64,000 nucleotides of DNA from Octopus sinensis. Lineage: Eukaryota. Location of the stretch: NCBI RefSeq assembly GCF_006345805.1, contig NC_043017.1, forward strand, positions 18,414,001 through 18,478,000. Reading direction: 5' to 3'. The position numbers were made by a program, and so were the translations under genes. The notes under the pieces were generated by a model that worked only from the letters and a program-made list of their open reading frames with translations, was not told where the DNA came from and ran no database searches. Each line of letters opens with the position of its first letter. Positions within the stretch are counted from its first letter, which is position 1. Positions 11,748 through 25,619 of the stretch are shown one piece after another.

Positions 11748-11979
11748 ATTTAACAAGAATTGTATTAGCATTTATACATTTAGGCAGGTTTAAAGGAGTG
11801 GTGGTGGGGGACTTTTTTGGGGGTAGGCATAGCGCAAAATATCATACTTGGGGGAGTGGTCAAGGAGTCAGTGGTAAGTAGATGAAAGAATAGATAAATA
11901 AAAAATAAAAAATAAAAAATAAGAAATAAAAAAAAAAAAAAATAGAAAATAAAAAAATAAAAAATAAAATAAAAAATAA

Positions 11980-12091
11980 AATGTGTGCACATACATACAT
12001 AAACACATATACATACACACACACATACGTACACATGTGTGCCTATACATACCTACACATACACACATACATACATATATATATGTTATAA

Positions 12092-12138
<47 letters not shown>

Positions 12139-12464
12139 ATCAATACAGGCCCATTCCCTAATTTTAATTTTATTATCTTCATTTATTACTTTTGTTATCT
12201 TTGATCGCTAGGGCTAAGGATCCTGGCGATGGCAGCATGTCAATTGTCTGTCTACTAGAAGGCAAGTACTCGTTCCCGCACGCACACTCATTAGCACGTA
12301 CATACACCCATTCGTACACTCATACACATACACGTACGCACGCGTTATATTCATACATACAAACATCTACATACGTTCACGTATATACACATACGTACTC
12401 GTACCTACAGATTCATGTCTACACTTTTGGAGGCTAGTCTATATATATACACCAATAAATATAC

Positions 12465-12511
<47 letters not shown>

Positions 12512-12609
12512 TACACACACACACACATATATATACTCCTACATACAGATACATACCCATATATATATACATATACACACACATACATTATATATATATA
12601 TATATATAT

Positions 12610-12640
<31 letters not shown>

Positions 12641-12870
12641 CATATATATACATACATACACACACACACATATATATACACACACATACATACACATATA
12701 TATACATACACAAACATATATACACACATAACATATACATATATACATATATACACAAACATACACACAACCTACATACATATACACACAAACACATACA
12801 TACGTAAACATACATACATACATCCATACATCCATACTTACATGCATTTATACGCATACATACACCCCCA

Positions 12871-12917
<47 letters not shown>

Positions 12918-13414
12918 TCACACATACATATACAAATATACGCCCACACATACATACATACACGTATACGCATACACGCACATACACATATACATGCGTA
13001 CCCATACACGTGCACACACGCACATGCATCCATATATATACACACACACAACATATATACACGTGTGCAAGCATACATACATACTCATACACGACACATA
13101 CTTACATATACATATATGCACACACTTACACACATATATACATACACATATACATGCATACATACTATATGCATACATACACATACACGCACATACACAT
13201 ATACACATGCGTACCCATACACGTGCACGCACGCACGCGCATCCATATATATTACACATACACACATATATATACACGTGTGCAAGCATACATACATACT
13301 CATACACGCGCACACACTTACATATACATATATGCACACACTTACACACATATATACATACACATATACATGCATACATACATATATGCATACATACACC
13401 ACAACAGCGCACTC

Positions 13415-13451
<37 letters not shown>

Positions 13452-13666
13452 CATACACATATATAATATATACATATATATACACAAACATATATATACA
13501 CATATACACATACACATACATGCACACCTACACACACATACACATACACATACATACATATATATATATATACACATATATACACATATACACATACATA
13601 TATACACACATACATACATATACATACACAACACATACATACATACACGGATACACATACCCATAC

Positions 13667-13703
<37 letters not shown>

Positions 13704-13787
13704 ATATATATATATATATATACACACACACGTATACACATGTGAGTACCTTACTTACTGTGGTTAACCCCGGATCAACCCGGGACC

Positions 13788-13848
<61 letters not shown>
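11980..13848. repeat. Large compound (TA)n/(CA)n/(TACA)n microsatellite tract
   Basis: About 1.9 kb of alternating purine-pyrimidine repeats; source of many spurious Y/I/H/T-rich ORFs. Confidence 0.9.
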
Positions 13849-13850
<2 letters not shown>

Positions 13851-14917
13851 GGGGGCGGTACAGTGTACTCCAATATTTAACGTCATCTTCAGCTGATTTA
13901 GATTTTTTAAAGATAATTTTAGATATATGTATATATACATATTTTCCTTGTTTCAGTCATTAGACTGCGGCTATACTGGGGCACTGCCTTGATGAATTTT
14001 AGTCTAACGAATCGATCCCAGTACTTGGTGTTTTTTTTTTTTAAGCCTGGTAATTATTCTATCGGGAACCTATTGCCGAACTGCTACGATACGGGGACGT
14101 AAACACGCTAACATCGGTTGTCAAGCGGTGGCGAGGAACAAAGACGAATACACACACATACATGTATAAAACGAGTCAGTGAGAGGAAGGAGGGCAGCAT
14201 CTGGAACGATTTCCAAACCCCCACCGTAATCCGTAGGTGGAAGGGACCTTGGTAGACTGCTTGGAAGTGAGGGGCCCCTACCATGGATCTGACCAGACGG
14301 GGGATAATGTTTTAGCGACCGACCGATAAATATTTCTGTCACGGAAGAAAAAGACAGTTATTGTAAGTCATGTGTGTGTATATATAGATGTATATATATG
14401 AATGTCTGATGCATGTGTGTGTATGTATACGTCTATGTAATTAAGTGTATATAACTTATATTTTACTTGTTTCAGTCTGCGACCATGCAAGGGTACGGCT
14501 CTGAAGAACGGTGGGGGGACAAACACACACACACACACACACACAGCACTTAGTTTCTTTTTAAGCCTCCTACTTATTCTATCGGATGTTTATGCCGAAC
14601 CGTTAAGTTACGGGGACATAAATACACCAACACCAGTTGTCAAGCGGCGAAGGGGGACGATCCCAAATACAAAGACACACACACACACAACAGGCTTCTT
14701 TCAGTTTCCATCTACAGAATCCACTCACAAGAATTTGGTCAGTCTGAGATTACAGATGAAGGTACTTGTCCAAGGTGCCACGCAGTAGGACTGAACCCGG
14801 AACTATGTGGTTGAAAAGCAAAGTTCTTACCACATCGCCACGCACGAGACTATGTAAATATGTAGGTATATCTGTCTGTCTGCATGCATGTGTGTATGTA
14901 TGTATGGGTGTGTATAT

Positions 14918-15149
14918 ATTTCTTTACTGCCCACAAGGGGCTAAACATTGAGGGGACAAACAAGGACAGACAAACGGATTAAATCGATTACATCGACCCT
15001 AGTGCGAAACTGGTACTTTATTTATCGACCCAGAAAGGTTGAAAGGCAAAGTCGACCTCGCCGGAATTTGAACTCAGAACGTAACGACAGACGAAATACC
15101 GCTAAGCATTTCGTCCGGCGCGCTAACGTTTCTACCAGCTCGCCGCCTT
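14918..15149 (-). mobile_element. tRNA-derived SINE (Nin-domain-like family)
   Basis: Head AAGGCGGCGAGCTGG...GAGTTCAAATTCC and a GCCTTTCA..CCTTTC.GGGTCGATAAAT core; same family at 16740-17146, 24311-24537, 26443-26659, 51175-51365 (+) and 58150-58480. Confidence 0.75.
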
Positions 15150-15408
15150 ATGTATGTGTGTATAGCTGTCTGTGTGTATGTACTGAGATATCAATATTCA
15201 GGTTTATCAGGAAGCAGAAAATGATCTGAGTATATATATATATATATCGAGCCAATCCTTACAGACTTAATTGTTTACATCGTGTATCTGTGTCATACAT
15301 GTTTGCGTGTGTCTACTTTCTGGCCACTCCTTAACTACTCATTTATCATAGGCTGTGTATGTATACATATTTTAGTGTGTGCGTATGTATACATATGTTA
15401 GTGTGTAC

Positions 15409-15462
<54 letters not shown>

Positions 15463-15465
15463 ATA

Positions 15466-15536
<71 letters not shown>

Positions 15537-15566
15537 AATAAAATTAAAAACAGAACACAAAGGATA

Positions 15567-15661
15567 TCGCGGTACACGTGTTTCAAGCTTTATAAACAAT
15601 CCGTTCTTACATCAGTGTATTATTGATATAAAAGATGGTTTAAAGCTCTCTTCAGCCGCAA
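15567..15661 (-). ncRNA. Minimal type I hammerhead ribozyme (Penelope-like element type)
   Basis: TTGCGG-CTGAAGA-GAGCTTTA...TAAAGCTT-GAAA-CACGTG-TA-CCGCGA: intact core, stems I and II, palindromic stem III, GUA triplet. Confidence 0.72.
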
Positions 15662-16739
15662 ACATTGTTATTCCAAAGAGTTACATCACACTATAAAGAA
15701 TATGAAAAGTACATGTAGTATTACCCATTATAATAGGTATATCATATCTCCCCGAGAAAGTGTTTTTATAAAATTTCCTAATTGCATAAATGTATAAAGA
15801 TTCATTGGATTTCGAAAATCTGCCCATACTGTATCACCAGTCAACATAGAGTGAACGTTAAATAGATTGGAATGGGTTTATATTCAATTTTCTTGTATAA
15901 GATAGGAAGGAAAATAAGATAGAAAGTGCGCGCACCGGGACCACTCTTCTTAAGTAGTACCCGTTATGACTTGAATGTCACGCAGAATGTAATCCTTATT
16001 AATGGCAATGACCGTTTCGACGAGCCGATATCAGCCCGCTATCCTGAAATCTCATGGTAGGGTTTGATGTTGGCTTGTAAGAGCGGATCCTATAACTTAG
16101 AAAATCTATATCCGAGATTTTAAGAACTAGATGTTGCGCTTATGTATGTGTGTGCATGTGCGCCAGCGCTCGCACTCTACTCTCTGTTTCACTTTGAGGG
16201 CGCTAACACACATACGTACGACCATACAGTGTTTCAGTTTTCAAGTCAAAAACATGGAAGTTAATGGGGGGAGGGGTGCGAGCACGCTGTCATCTGTTTT
16301 ACTTCAACTTCGAAGCAAATGTCGCCTTCGACACGTCAGGAAAACAAGGGTAAATAAATAAAAAAAGATTTACGGAAATTAACGAACAATCGTGACAAAT
16401 CTGAAAGGTATTTGTAGAAAATTTCATAAAAAATTACCCGTTTTTCTGAAAGTTATGGGGAAACCAGATCAGTGGGGTACACTTGTGTAGTTATGTCTAT
16501 ATAAAAGTGGCAGCCAAAACAGAAAAGATCCTCTATGGGGGTGTGTGTATGTGTGTCTTTTTGTAAATATACATACATACACGCGCGCACAAGGGCGTGC
16601 AACACAAGGAATATACAACAATACATCCATCACTTCAACACACGTGGTAGCGTGTATATATATATATATGTATGTATGTATGTACGTACGAAACTAAGGC
16701 ATGAATGTGAAAAGACTCACCATAAAGGCCAGCCCTACC

Positions 16740-17146
16740 TATTTCTTTACTACCCACAAGGGGCTAAACACAGAGGGGACAGACAAACGGATTAAGTCGA
16801 TTACATCGACGCCAATGCGTAATTGGTACTTAATTTATCGACCCCGAAAAGATAAAAGGCAAAGTCGACCTCGGCGGAATTTGAACTCACAACGTAAGGG
16901 CAGACGAAATACCTATTTCTTTATTACCCACAAGGGGCTAAACATAGAGGAGACAAACATGGACAGACATAGGTATTAAGTCGATTATATCGACCCCAGT
17001 GCTAACTGGTACTTAATTTATCGACCCCGAAAGGATGAAAGGCAAAGTCGACCTCGGCGGAATTTGAACTCACAACGTAACGGCAGCTGAAATACCGCAA
17101 AGCATTTCGCCAGACGTGCTAACGATTCTGCCAGCTCGCCGCCTTC
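16740..17146 (-). mobile_element. Tandem pair of tRNA-derived SINE copies
   Basis: Two adjacent copies of the family seen at 14918-15149. Confidence 0.75.
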
Positions 17147-18956
17147 AGGCCAGCCCTACCCTGTACTTCGATGTAGTCACGATCAACACCAATACCGGAA
17201 AGATGCTCAATACTTCATAAAAACTTATCTCAGCTGGATGCTTAGATAAAATATTATATCCAAACAACTCTTATCTCTGTTATTATTTGATAATGTAACT
17301 AGATTCATTACTACTGCCATAATTAAACAACAACAACAACTGATGATGTTGTTGTTGTTTAACCTTGAGCGAGATCATGATCCAATAGGACAATTATACA
17401 AAGGTAATTCCATTTGTGTCCAACACGTCAGTTTTGTTTGCTGCAGGCTAGTAGTAGTGGTGGTGGTATTGTTATTTAACCACAATCCGGCAGGATTATG
17501 ATCAGAAACATTCCTGCTGTGCCCATCCCTCCTTTTTTTAATCATACATCAGACAGCATTGCAAACGTGGTCAACCAGAGCGAAAGGTCGCCCAGACACG
17601 TTCTTTTCCTTGTTTGCTTTTCTTTTTAAAACGGTAATCAGTGATTTGAAGGCTGTTTGGCTGCTTTCTTTTGCAATTCAAACACGACACCGCCGTTGTC
17701 TTTTGGCTGCTGTGGCCATACCGGTTACCAATATCATTTAGGAGCCACCGATGTTATCCAAGGGAAAAGCAAAGGGGTCGGTACAGTTGGGTACCAGTGA
17801 CATTACAACTCTTTTCTACAACTTTGACAGCTGTTATGTAAATGCAAGATGTCTCCATCTGTGCCCCAGCAGACAATTTTGAGTGACCTGAAGAAAATTA
17901 GTAACTTTTATGTAAAATGACTTGGTGTATAAAATGTGCTGACACTAAGAAAGGGGCAAGCATTTTGTTAACCATCAGCCATTGCAATAACTCAAATGTT
18001 CACCCCCAGAGTTTAATCTTTTACTATCCAGATTACTCTCTCAAATATAATGCTTATTTATTCACATTGTTTTGAATTAATCTTGGATTATCTTGCAGTT
18101 TCAATCTTTAAATAATGTGATTGTTCATCTTTAGAATGACATTGTAGAATAGGTGTGAGAGGCCAGATCTGGCTAGTTTGATCATAAAACAAAATATTTG
18201 GGTCAGGTACAGCTGATTTAAATGATAGAGGGTTAAGGTTGATCAAATTGGCAGAATAATTAGAATGTTGAATAGAATGGTTTCTTTTTTAAGTGTATCT
18301 CAGCAGACTTTGCATAAGCTCTAAATTCTATAGAAAATCTGTAGAAATAAAGTTAAAAATGAAAGCAACACACTGCTTATACGAAGTACAGCTCAACATT
18401 GACTTGTGAACCTTTAATATATATATATATTAAAGGAGACCTCTTGCATTTACATAACAAAAGAAACAGCTGCCAATCACTACTTAAGCCTGTATTTTAG
18501 TGAATCCAATGAAGTCATATTAATTCTGTTGTGGCTGGTATGACTTTCTGGTTAAGAAGTTTGATTTGACATGATGTGGTTTTGAGTTCAACCCGTTGCA
18601 TGGCACCTTAGTCAGATATCTTCTACAAAAGCTTCAGGTTGACCAAAGTTTTGAGGGTGGATTTGCCAGGCATGAAGAGTGGAAACCCATCCGATGAACT
18701 GTTGTTGAGGGAACAGAATTAAACCATTGCCTGATCTTAGGGTGTCTTCAGCAGGGTCCTTGCTTTGAGGATAAGTTACTCCCTTTCTTTCTTTGGTGAA
18801 GTCATAAAACAAAGATCTTCAACTTTGACAGGTAAACTATCAAATACACCTGTTCACAATCCAAAGAGTTTCTAGAATTTTCTTGAAGTTTTTTTGGGAA
18901 GTTATGATTTCTATGTTAAAAGATATGCAACAGACTGGCATCCCATCCAGTGAGGA

Positions 18957-18987
<31 letters not shown>

Positions 18988-20068
18988 TGAGAAACCTAGA
19001 AACCAGCCTTATGATTCTTATGGAGCAATGTGAGCTAACCCACAACAAAGATAACAAAAACATCTTTAATTTGGTTAATTAATTTATTAAATGTCTGAGA
19101 TGAATTAATGATTCTTATGATTTTGTAGTTGTAAATGCTGATTTTCATTCAGGAACACAAAACACCATATTTTTGTGAAAGATGTATTTAGAGGTACAAA
19201 GACCCTACATTTGGTGAAGGGTATAGTTTAACAGCATAAGGCCCTTCATTTTAGAAAAGGGCATAGTTTAGGAGTTGTGGCACCTGTAGCCGTTGAGATC
19301 TGCAAGTGTGATATTTTTGGGAAAAATTTTGGATTTTTGCTTTAAAAAATATAGTTTTGATGATTATCAAATGGTATTATGTATTGATGGCAGGGGGACA
19401 AAAGGGATTTCTGCCAGTTTTGATGATGATTGTTCCAAATGTCTGATATACAGAACAGTTTGTTGAATTGGTAAATGGTTGAGTATTCCACAGATACATA
19501 TACACTTAATGAATTTCTCAGGGAAAATCAGCATGATACAACAAGTGACATGATAGTCACTTTGAATTACTACTCAACTTCCAATGGCATGCAGGTGTTG
19601 ATGAATGGTTGACTGACCAAATCCAAGCTTCTCTGCCAGTTTCTCAACAGTTACAATGGGATTTTGTTCCACCAGGGTTTGCAGGACGTCTTCATCAAGC
19701 TCTACAGGATGAGGCTCGTCTTCTAGGCTGTAGTTTCCAGATCAGAATTTTTGACACTGGCTTACACTTATTGTTAGGTCCCATATACTGCATTAATATT
19801 CCTTGCATTCTTCGTTGCGTTGTTACCATTATTGAACTCATAAAGCAAAATATGCCAAATATGCTCCTTTGTTACTTCCATTATAGCTTTGAAAAAATAA
19901 CTGCTAAAATCGTACAGCACTCTTCAAAATTTGCACCAAGAATCAGTACAAGGTAAAATTACTACCTGCTTTTATAGCAAGTTGCTGCTGGTAGTTTATG
20001 CTACCCCACTCTCACTTTTAGTTCATGTAATTGAAAAAACTGCATTATGGGATGATTAATACTGTATG

Positions 20069-20100
<32 letters not shown>

Positions 20101-20414
20101 ACATCATCTTTTAATGTCCAGGTTTCATTCTGGCTTGGGATTTTTGACAAGTAATTACCTTTCCCTGTATATTTTAATAAAGTTTTCTTTGAGGCGGCCT
20201 TATTGCAGTTAATACGTTGCGTCCCTTAAATATATAAACAAAAGTTTCACACCACTTGTATATCTGAGTGAATTAATCCTCCAGGCATCTCTGGTCATTT
20301 ACTTCTTTGGGTTCTGAACGTGACAGGTTTTGATGTAGACGTAAATATACATATATTTGAAATATTTCATTTCTAAAGATGATATTAATTAGTCCAAGCA
20401 ATTAAATTCTCGGG

Positions 20415-21824
20415 TTATTTGACATTTTCCACTTTAATGAATTTGGCAATAAAAAACCCGATTGTGTCTCTGTTAAAGGCGTCTTTGCTATCACCTGAAA
20501 CGTCTGGTTTAAACCGATGAACTAACTTCAGATGTTCTGGTGATAGGGAAGAACCTACTAAACCAGTATCTCCAATATGAGGCTCCTGTGCAGTGAGGAC
20601 GAGCTGAGGGAAGGTAGCCAGAACCCAAGCCACTTGTTCTTCATTTTCTGCTAAAGTTATGGTGCAAGTACTGTATACCAAAGTACCACCGACTTTTAAC
20701 AGTCCGACGGCTTGTCGAAGTAGTTTACGTTGATACATGGGGAAAGACTTCAGCCACGATAAACCCATTTTGTTACAACACGACGGTCTCTGGCCGAGAG
20801 CACTGCACGGAGCATCAAGCAGAATCCGGTCAAAGGTTCCCGGAGGGTAGGGAGGACCTTTGGTTGCTTCAGCTGAATCTTGAAGTGATTTTGTGGAATC
20901 AAATGTATAAACCTCAACACATGTTAGACCCCAGCAAGACACTAAAGAGGTTAGGCGCTCTACTTTGAGTTTAGTGCGATCTATCGCCACCAGGCGGCCT
21001 TTGTTTCTCATCAGTGTGGCAATATGAGTGGTTTTGCCCCCTGGAGCGGCACACATATCGAGGACAGTATCGTTTGGCTGAGGGTTCAGCACGTAGCTAC
21101 AAACGGCCGAGGGAAGATTTTGGGCAAATATCAAATCTGAGGTTAAATTGTCAAGTCTTGGAGCTGAATACAGAGCATTCGTTACCGATACACCGACTCC
21201 TGATAATACATGATCGGGCGACGAGTCGCGGAAGATCTGATTGCGACTGACGAGGGCAACGCCGTTCCCGAGAAAAATTTTCTCCCCCTTCAAAGGCTGT
21301 GTTTGTCCGCGAAGACAAGATCCTTCCATATCGACATACAGCGAAACAATGTCCCCACGAGTCATATCCAAAGGAGCACCAATGATCCCCTGAACGAACA
21401 CTTCAGATCCCCTTAGTACCGACATACCACACATGTGGTCAACAACTATTTGGTCTTCTCGTCTCTCGATCGACTGAACTGGCCCGGCATTAGGTATTAT
21501 CACAACATCGGGCATGAGAGGGTGGAAGAAAGGCTCAGCCAGTTGCACGGCTCTTTTTCTGTGGTTGTCTATCAACTGTTCTTTGAGGAGGGCGAGTAGA
21601 GATTCGGGGTCCTGTTGGAGGGTGTTTACACGTACGACAGTAAAGAGAGGCGGGATTGGAAGAAGAGAGAGTATACGACAAATTTCTTTCTCACATCTGT
21701 CTCTGTCACTTTCAATAGACTTGGGGAAATTCAGAGATTCTGTCTTCAGGTATTCCAGAACTTCACTATTCAATTTAATTTGAGGTGGGAGACAATCATC
21801 TGCAGTTTGTTCATTCCTCTCCAT
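20415..21824 (-). CDS. NSUN6: tRNA (cytosine-72)-C5-methyltransferase NSUN6, intronless, 469 aa
   Basis: Single ORF: TVVRVNTL N-terminal motif, PUA-like region (VLRGSEVFVQGI), QNLPSAVCSYVL, motif I DMCAAPGGKT, motif IV DRILLDAPCS, motif VI VYSTCT, C-terminal DTIGFFIAKF. Confidence 0.95.
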   Translation of the reverse strand: MERNEQTADDCLPPQIKLNSEVLEYLKTESLNFPKSIESDRDRCEKEICRILSLLPIPPLFTVVRVNTLQQDPESLLALLKEQLIDNHRKRAVQLAEPFFHPLMPDVVIIPNAGPVQSIERREDQIVVDHMCGMSVLRGSEVFVQGIIGAPLDMTRGDIVSLYVDMEGSCLRGQTQPLKGEKIFLGNGVALVSRNQIFRDSSPDHVLSGVGVSVTNALYSAPRLDNLTSDLIFAQNLPSAVCSYVLNPQPNDTVLDMCAAPGGKTTHIATLMRNKGRLVAIDRTKLKVERLTSLVSCWGLTCVEVYTFDSTKSLQDSAEATKGPPYPPGTFDRILLDAPCSALGQRPSCCNKMGLSWLKSFPMYQRKLLRQAVGLLKVGGTLVYSTCTITLAENEEQVAWVLATFPQLVLTAQEPHIGDTGLVGSSLSPEHLKLVHRFKPDVSGDSKDAFNRDTIGFFIAKFIKVENVK

Positions 21825-23113
21825 GTTTCACTCAACACCGAATAGTGAAACCGGTGTCTTATTAAATAAAGTCCCCTGTAAGATTTGTTTTACCCTGGAT
21901 ATTTATATATAAACACGATGAAACAATTATAGCGTGGAAGACCCATTAGCCATTGCAAATAAAAAAAAAAAAAAGAAAGAAACTAACACACGAAAAACTG
22001 TTAACTTCAACCAAGGAATGAATGTTTAAGTTAACAGTTTTGCTGTGTTTTTTAATGACTAATATGTCCTCCACGCAGAAATTGTTTTCGTTTTCAGCAA
22101 ATGGTTTTCAGAATCAAACCACTTGCCTAGCAAGTACGATATGGAATGAAATACGAGTCTTAGAAGCTGGCAATAGAGAGAGAAAAGGCATATGTACACA
22201 TGCACGCACACAGACAAACATCAAGAAAGACAATAGTGAACACAAAGATTCGGTTTCAAATCAGTTGTCAGACGGTTGATACTAGGAGTTATGTAAATAT
22301 ACACATACACACAAAGGGAAAATTTCCGGAGAAACTAAGTGAAGCCTTCATTTTATGGAAATCGTTATTTTAGGGATTCTTATGATTTTCCAGGTTACAA
22401 CACACACCAACCTAAAACGTGACTGGATTTGATTTTTTTTTTTTTTGAGAAATATGTTTAATAAATTCTAAAACCCTCTGGTAGTCTTTCTGTCAGTAAC
22501 TTTGTGGTGTTATTGTAGCTACAGAGATTGTATCGAAACAAGGAGTCCTAAATATTGCTGTTTTGCAGGATTTTAAAGCAGGCATTTAAAAATTTACTGA
22601 AAAAAAAAAAAAAACGTTAAACATATTGTGAAGTGAGGCAAGGGAGATAACTGAGGTAAAACAGATTTGATTGAGAGAAAGATTAACACAGCACACTTAT
22701 GCTATATATGATCTTTCTATGTATTATTATTTATATTAGATGTGTATTGATGCAGTTTTTCTTTTCTTCTTATCCTTATCCATTTCTTCAAACACGTGGA
22801 AATTGACGAGAGTGACTATCAGTATTTTATAAATAACTGTTGTGTTTCAGCCAGCATAGTTTCCTGGTCCCTTGTTCTGAAAATTCTCAGAATTCATCTG
22901 GCTATTCTCCTATATTTTGTTATCATCTCGGTGATAGGTACATGAAACGAGGCATCGTTGCTCATATCAACCCCTGAATCAAACTGTTTGACACCAGAAG
23001 ATTGGTGCTTCTTTTCGTTCAAAGTATTTTTGCTGTGGCGTTAGCTCAAGCCAGCTGATAACGGAGGTCTTTGAGTGTTCCTGCATTAAGTAGCATATTG
23101 TTTTCTTCAGTTC

Positions 23114-23129
<16 letters not shown>

Positions 23130-23147
<18 letters not shown>

Positions 23148-23710
23148 CATCTCAATCTTTCTATAGAAGATTAATATCAATACGGTCCTTGACTGCTTCT
23201 GTTACTTTTGTGTTGATGACATATAAGATTGACTGCCTGTGTAATTGATAGCATATCTGAGGGGGGCACCACAAACAGCAGCAGTCCCAAGACAGTTCCC
23301 TGATGCACTCCATTTGCTATTGTCTCCTTAGAGAGGGCCCCATTGTCTGCCACAGCCTACTTTCTGTCTTTTAAGAAGTCATGTAACCATTCTCACAGTT
23401 TTGTAAAGACAGTTTTCTAAAAATCATTTATGATCAACCTTATCAAAGGCTTTTGCAAAATTGAGATCCATTCACATTTGAGCAATTTCTAAGTTGTTTC
23501 AACACTCAGTCAAAATGCTGCAAAAGTTGTGTAAGGCCGCTTCTTCCTGAGTAGAAACTATGCTGAGTGTCAGGGAACAACTAATTATCTTCTAGCTTCC
23601 TGCTGACAAATTTCCTTCCATGACTTTGCTGACATGTGAGGTTAAAGAGTTAGGCCTGTAATTATTAGTATCTGCCCTGCTTCTTCCTTTACGGATAGGA
23701 CAGCAAAGTA
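23130..23710 (-). mobile_element. Decayed non-LTR retrotransposon RT fragment (CR1/L2/jockey-like)
   Basis: Minus-strand remnants NYRPNSLTSHVSKVME, FAKAFDKVDH and GVHQGTVLG, interrupted by frameshifts. Confidence 0.7.
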
Positions 23711-25285
23711 TTTGTTGACATAATGAATAAGGAATTAAAGACATTATAAAGTGTCTTCTCCCATTAATAGAGCAACAACAGAACAATTGCATGTTGTTAG
23801 TGAGGAGATGAGAATACTGACAAATAAAGCAATGATTGAAACTGTTCAAAAGAAAGACGCTTGCCTATTCCATGCCATTAAGTGCAGGTACAATGCAGAA
23901 TACCTTAGTATCTTCAACATTGTCAGTTTGCCATCCAACTCAGTAGCCCCACTTTCAGCAGCTCAAATATTTTTAGGGGTTACACAAGGTATAACAGCCC
24001 AAGCTTAAAACAAATTATTTACAAATTTCTTGTTTGCTAAATGTGGCGTAGTGTTTAGGGTGTTGCACTAATGATGGCAAGATTATGGGTTCAATTCCTA
24101 GACTGGGTGGTGTGTTGTGTTCTAGAGCAAAACACTTCATTTCATGTGGCTCCAGTTCGTCCAGTTGCAAATAAGTAAACCTGCAACAGACTGGTGTCTC
24201 ATCAAGGGGAAGGGCCGATTGTGATCTGTCATTTCTACCACATGCAAACCAGGTAACCGGCCTCTATGAGTTCTGGAGCTCAAACAACAATGTCAAGGGG
24301 TTGATGATAATGATTTCAAATTTTGGCCACAAGGGCAGCTTGTGGGAGGGGATTAAGTCGATTGCATCACCCCACCACCACCACCACCCAGTGTTTCACT
24401 GGTGCTTAATTTATCGACCCTGAAAGGATAAAGGCAGAATCGACCTTGGTGGAATTTGAACTCAGAACGTAGCGATGGGTGAAATACCACTAAGTATTCT
24501 GTCTAGTGTGCTAACGATTCTGCCAGTTCACCACCTTGGGGTTGGTGATAATAAAATACCTTAAAGGTGATGTAAAAGGTGTGAAGACAGTGTTTTTGAT
24601 TGAGTTGACAGGATTATTAGAAACAATACAGAGTTGCTGTCTGGCACACTGTGGCACTGACAGCCAAAGGTAGACCAGCAAGAGGATCTGCAGCCATACT
24701 CAGCAAAAAAGTACTTGATGTCCATACAGACGCCATCTCACATCCCAGAAATTCAACAGAGAACTGCATAAGGCCTTAAAAATGTGTAGGAGATTCCTCA
24801 ATAAAGTTTACAGACTTCATCATAATTCATAACTGTTTGCAATGTTATGAAAGAAGGAAAAGAAAATACTTTTGTAGAAGGACAGCTAGATATCAAGAGG
24901 TAACAGCTTGCAAAGACATGTCGCCTTGTTTGACACAGGTGTGGAGTGTCTTTCTTATTATGTAAGGATATCATCAGGTGATGTCTTGTAAGAAAGTCTA
25001 AGAAGCAGATATTTGATAGAGCTGGGTTTAATATTTAAAATTTAATAAAGTTCAGAAAATGTCTGTAAAGAAAAGACGTTACAGTTACTTAAATCTGAAC
25101 CTAAATAGGGAAAATAGTGGGAATGTTGGATATAGGCATGAAAAAAATGTGTGTGTGTATATACATATATATACATACATAGAAACACATTTGCTTACAT
25201 TGTTATAAGAAGATACAAGACAGCAGAAACATATAAAAGGATAAGGAGAGAAAATAAATTGCTGAATAGCTGATGGTATAAATAG

Positions 25286-25291
25286 TTTATT
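25286..25291 (-). terminator. Candidate polyadenylation signal for HERC1
   Basis: AATAAA on the minus strand about 140 nt after the stop codon. Confidence 0.35.
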
Positions 25292-25430
25292 AAATTGCAG
25301 ATTGTACAATGATAGCATCTAGAGATGACACTAAGCACCGTTGAGACACAGGGAGAGGAGATAGAGGCTTAACGACTGTAGTCGCCAAAGCCTCATAGCT
25401 GGCAAAAATTACAATGGAGCAGTCTAGAAG

Positions 25431-25619
25431 CTAGCACAGGTCTTCATCAGATCCGTGTCCATTATCTGTGTTGCGGGTTAGCATATAGTTATCCATGTCA
25501 ATTGAACGGCAGTTGTTGATCGCGTAGCGCAGTTTCTCTGCTAACACCTCCTGGCTTGAGTACATCGGCAGGCGGAGTTGGAAGAAGCAAGTCTGAGATG
25601 TGGGAAGACTGTCAGGACT
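25431..25619 (-). CDS. HERC1: HERC1 last coding exon (HECT C-lobe, catalytic Cys)
   Basis: CCAG|AGT CCT GAC: SPDSLPTSQTCFFQLRLP...YAINNCRSIDMDNYML...stop TAG, a HERC1-type C-terminus. Confidence 0.93.
   Translation of the reverse strand, partial: SPDSLPTSQTCFFQLRLPMYSSQEVLAEKLRYAINNCRSIDMDNYMLTRNTDNGHGSDEDLC

Noticed and set aside
11780-13963. Many long ORFs (up to 373 aa) rich in Y/I/H/T or V/C/M/Y
   Set aside because: They are translations of (TA)n/(CA)n microsatellite that lacks stop codons; no protein-like complexity.
19609-19956. 115-aa plus-strand ORF
   Set aside because: Non-ATG start, no recognisable motif or splice context; it lies among repeat fragments.
21014-21845. Plus-strand ORFs overlapping NSUN6
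   Set aside because: Antisense shadows of the real CDS.
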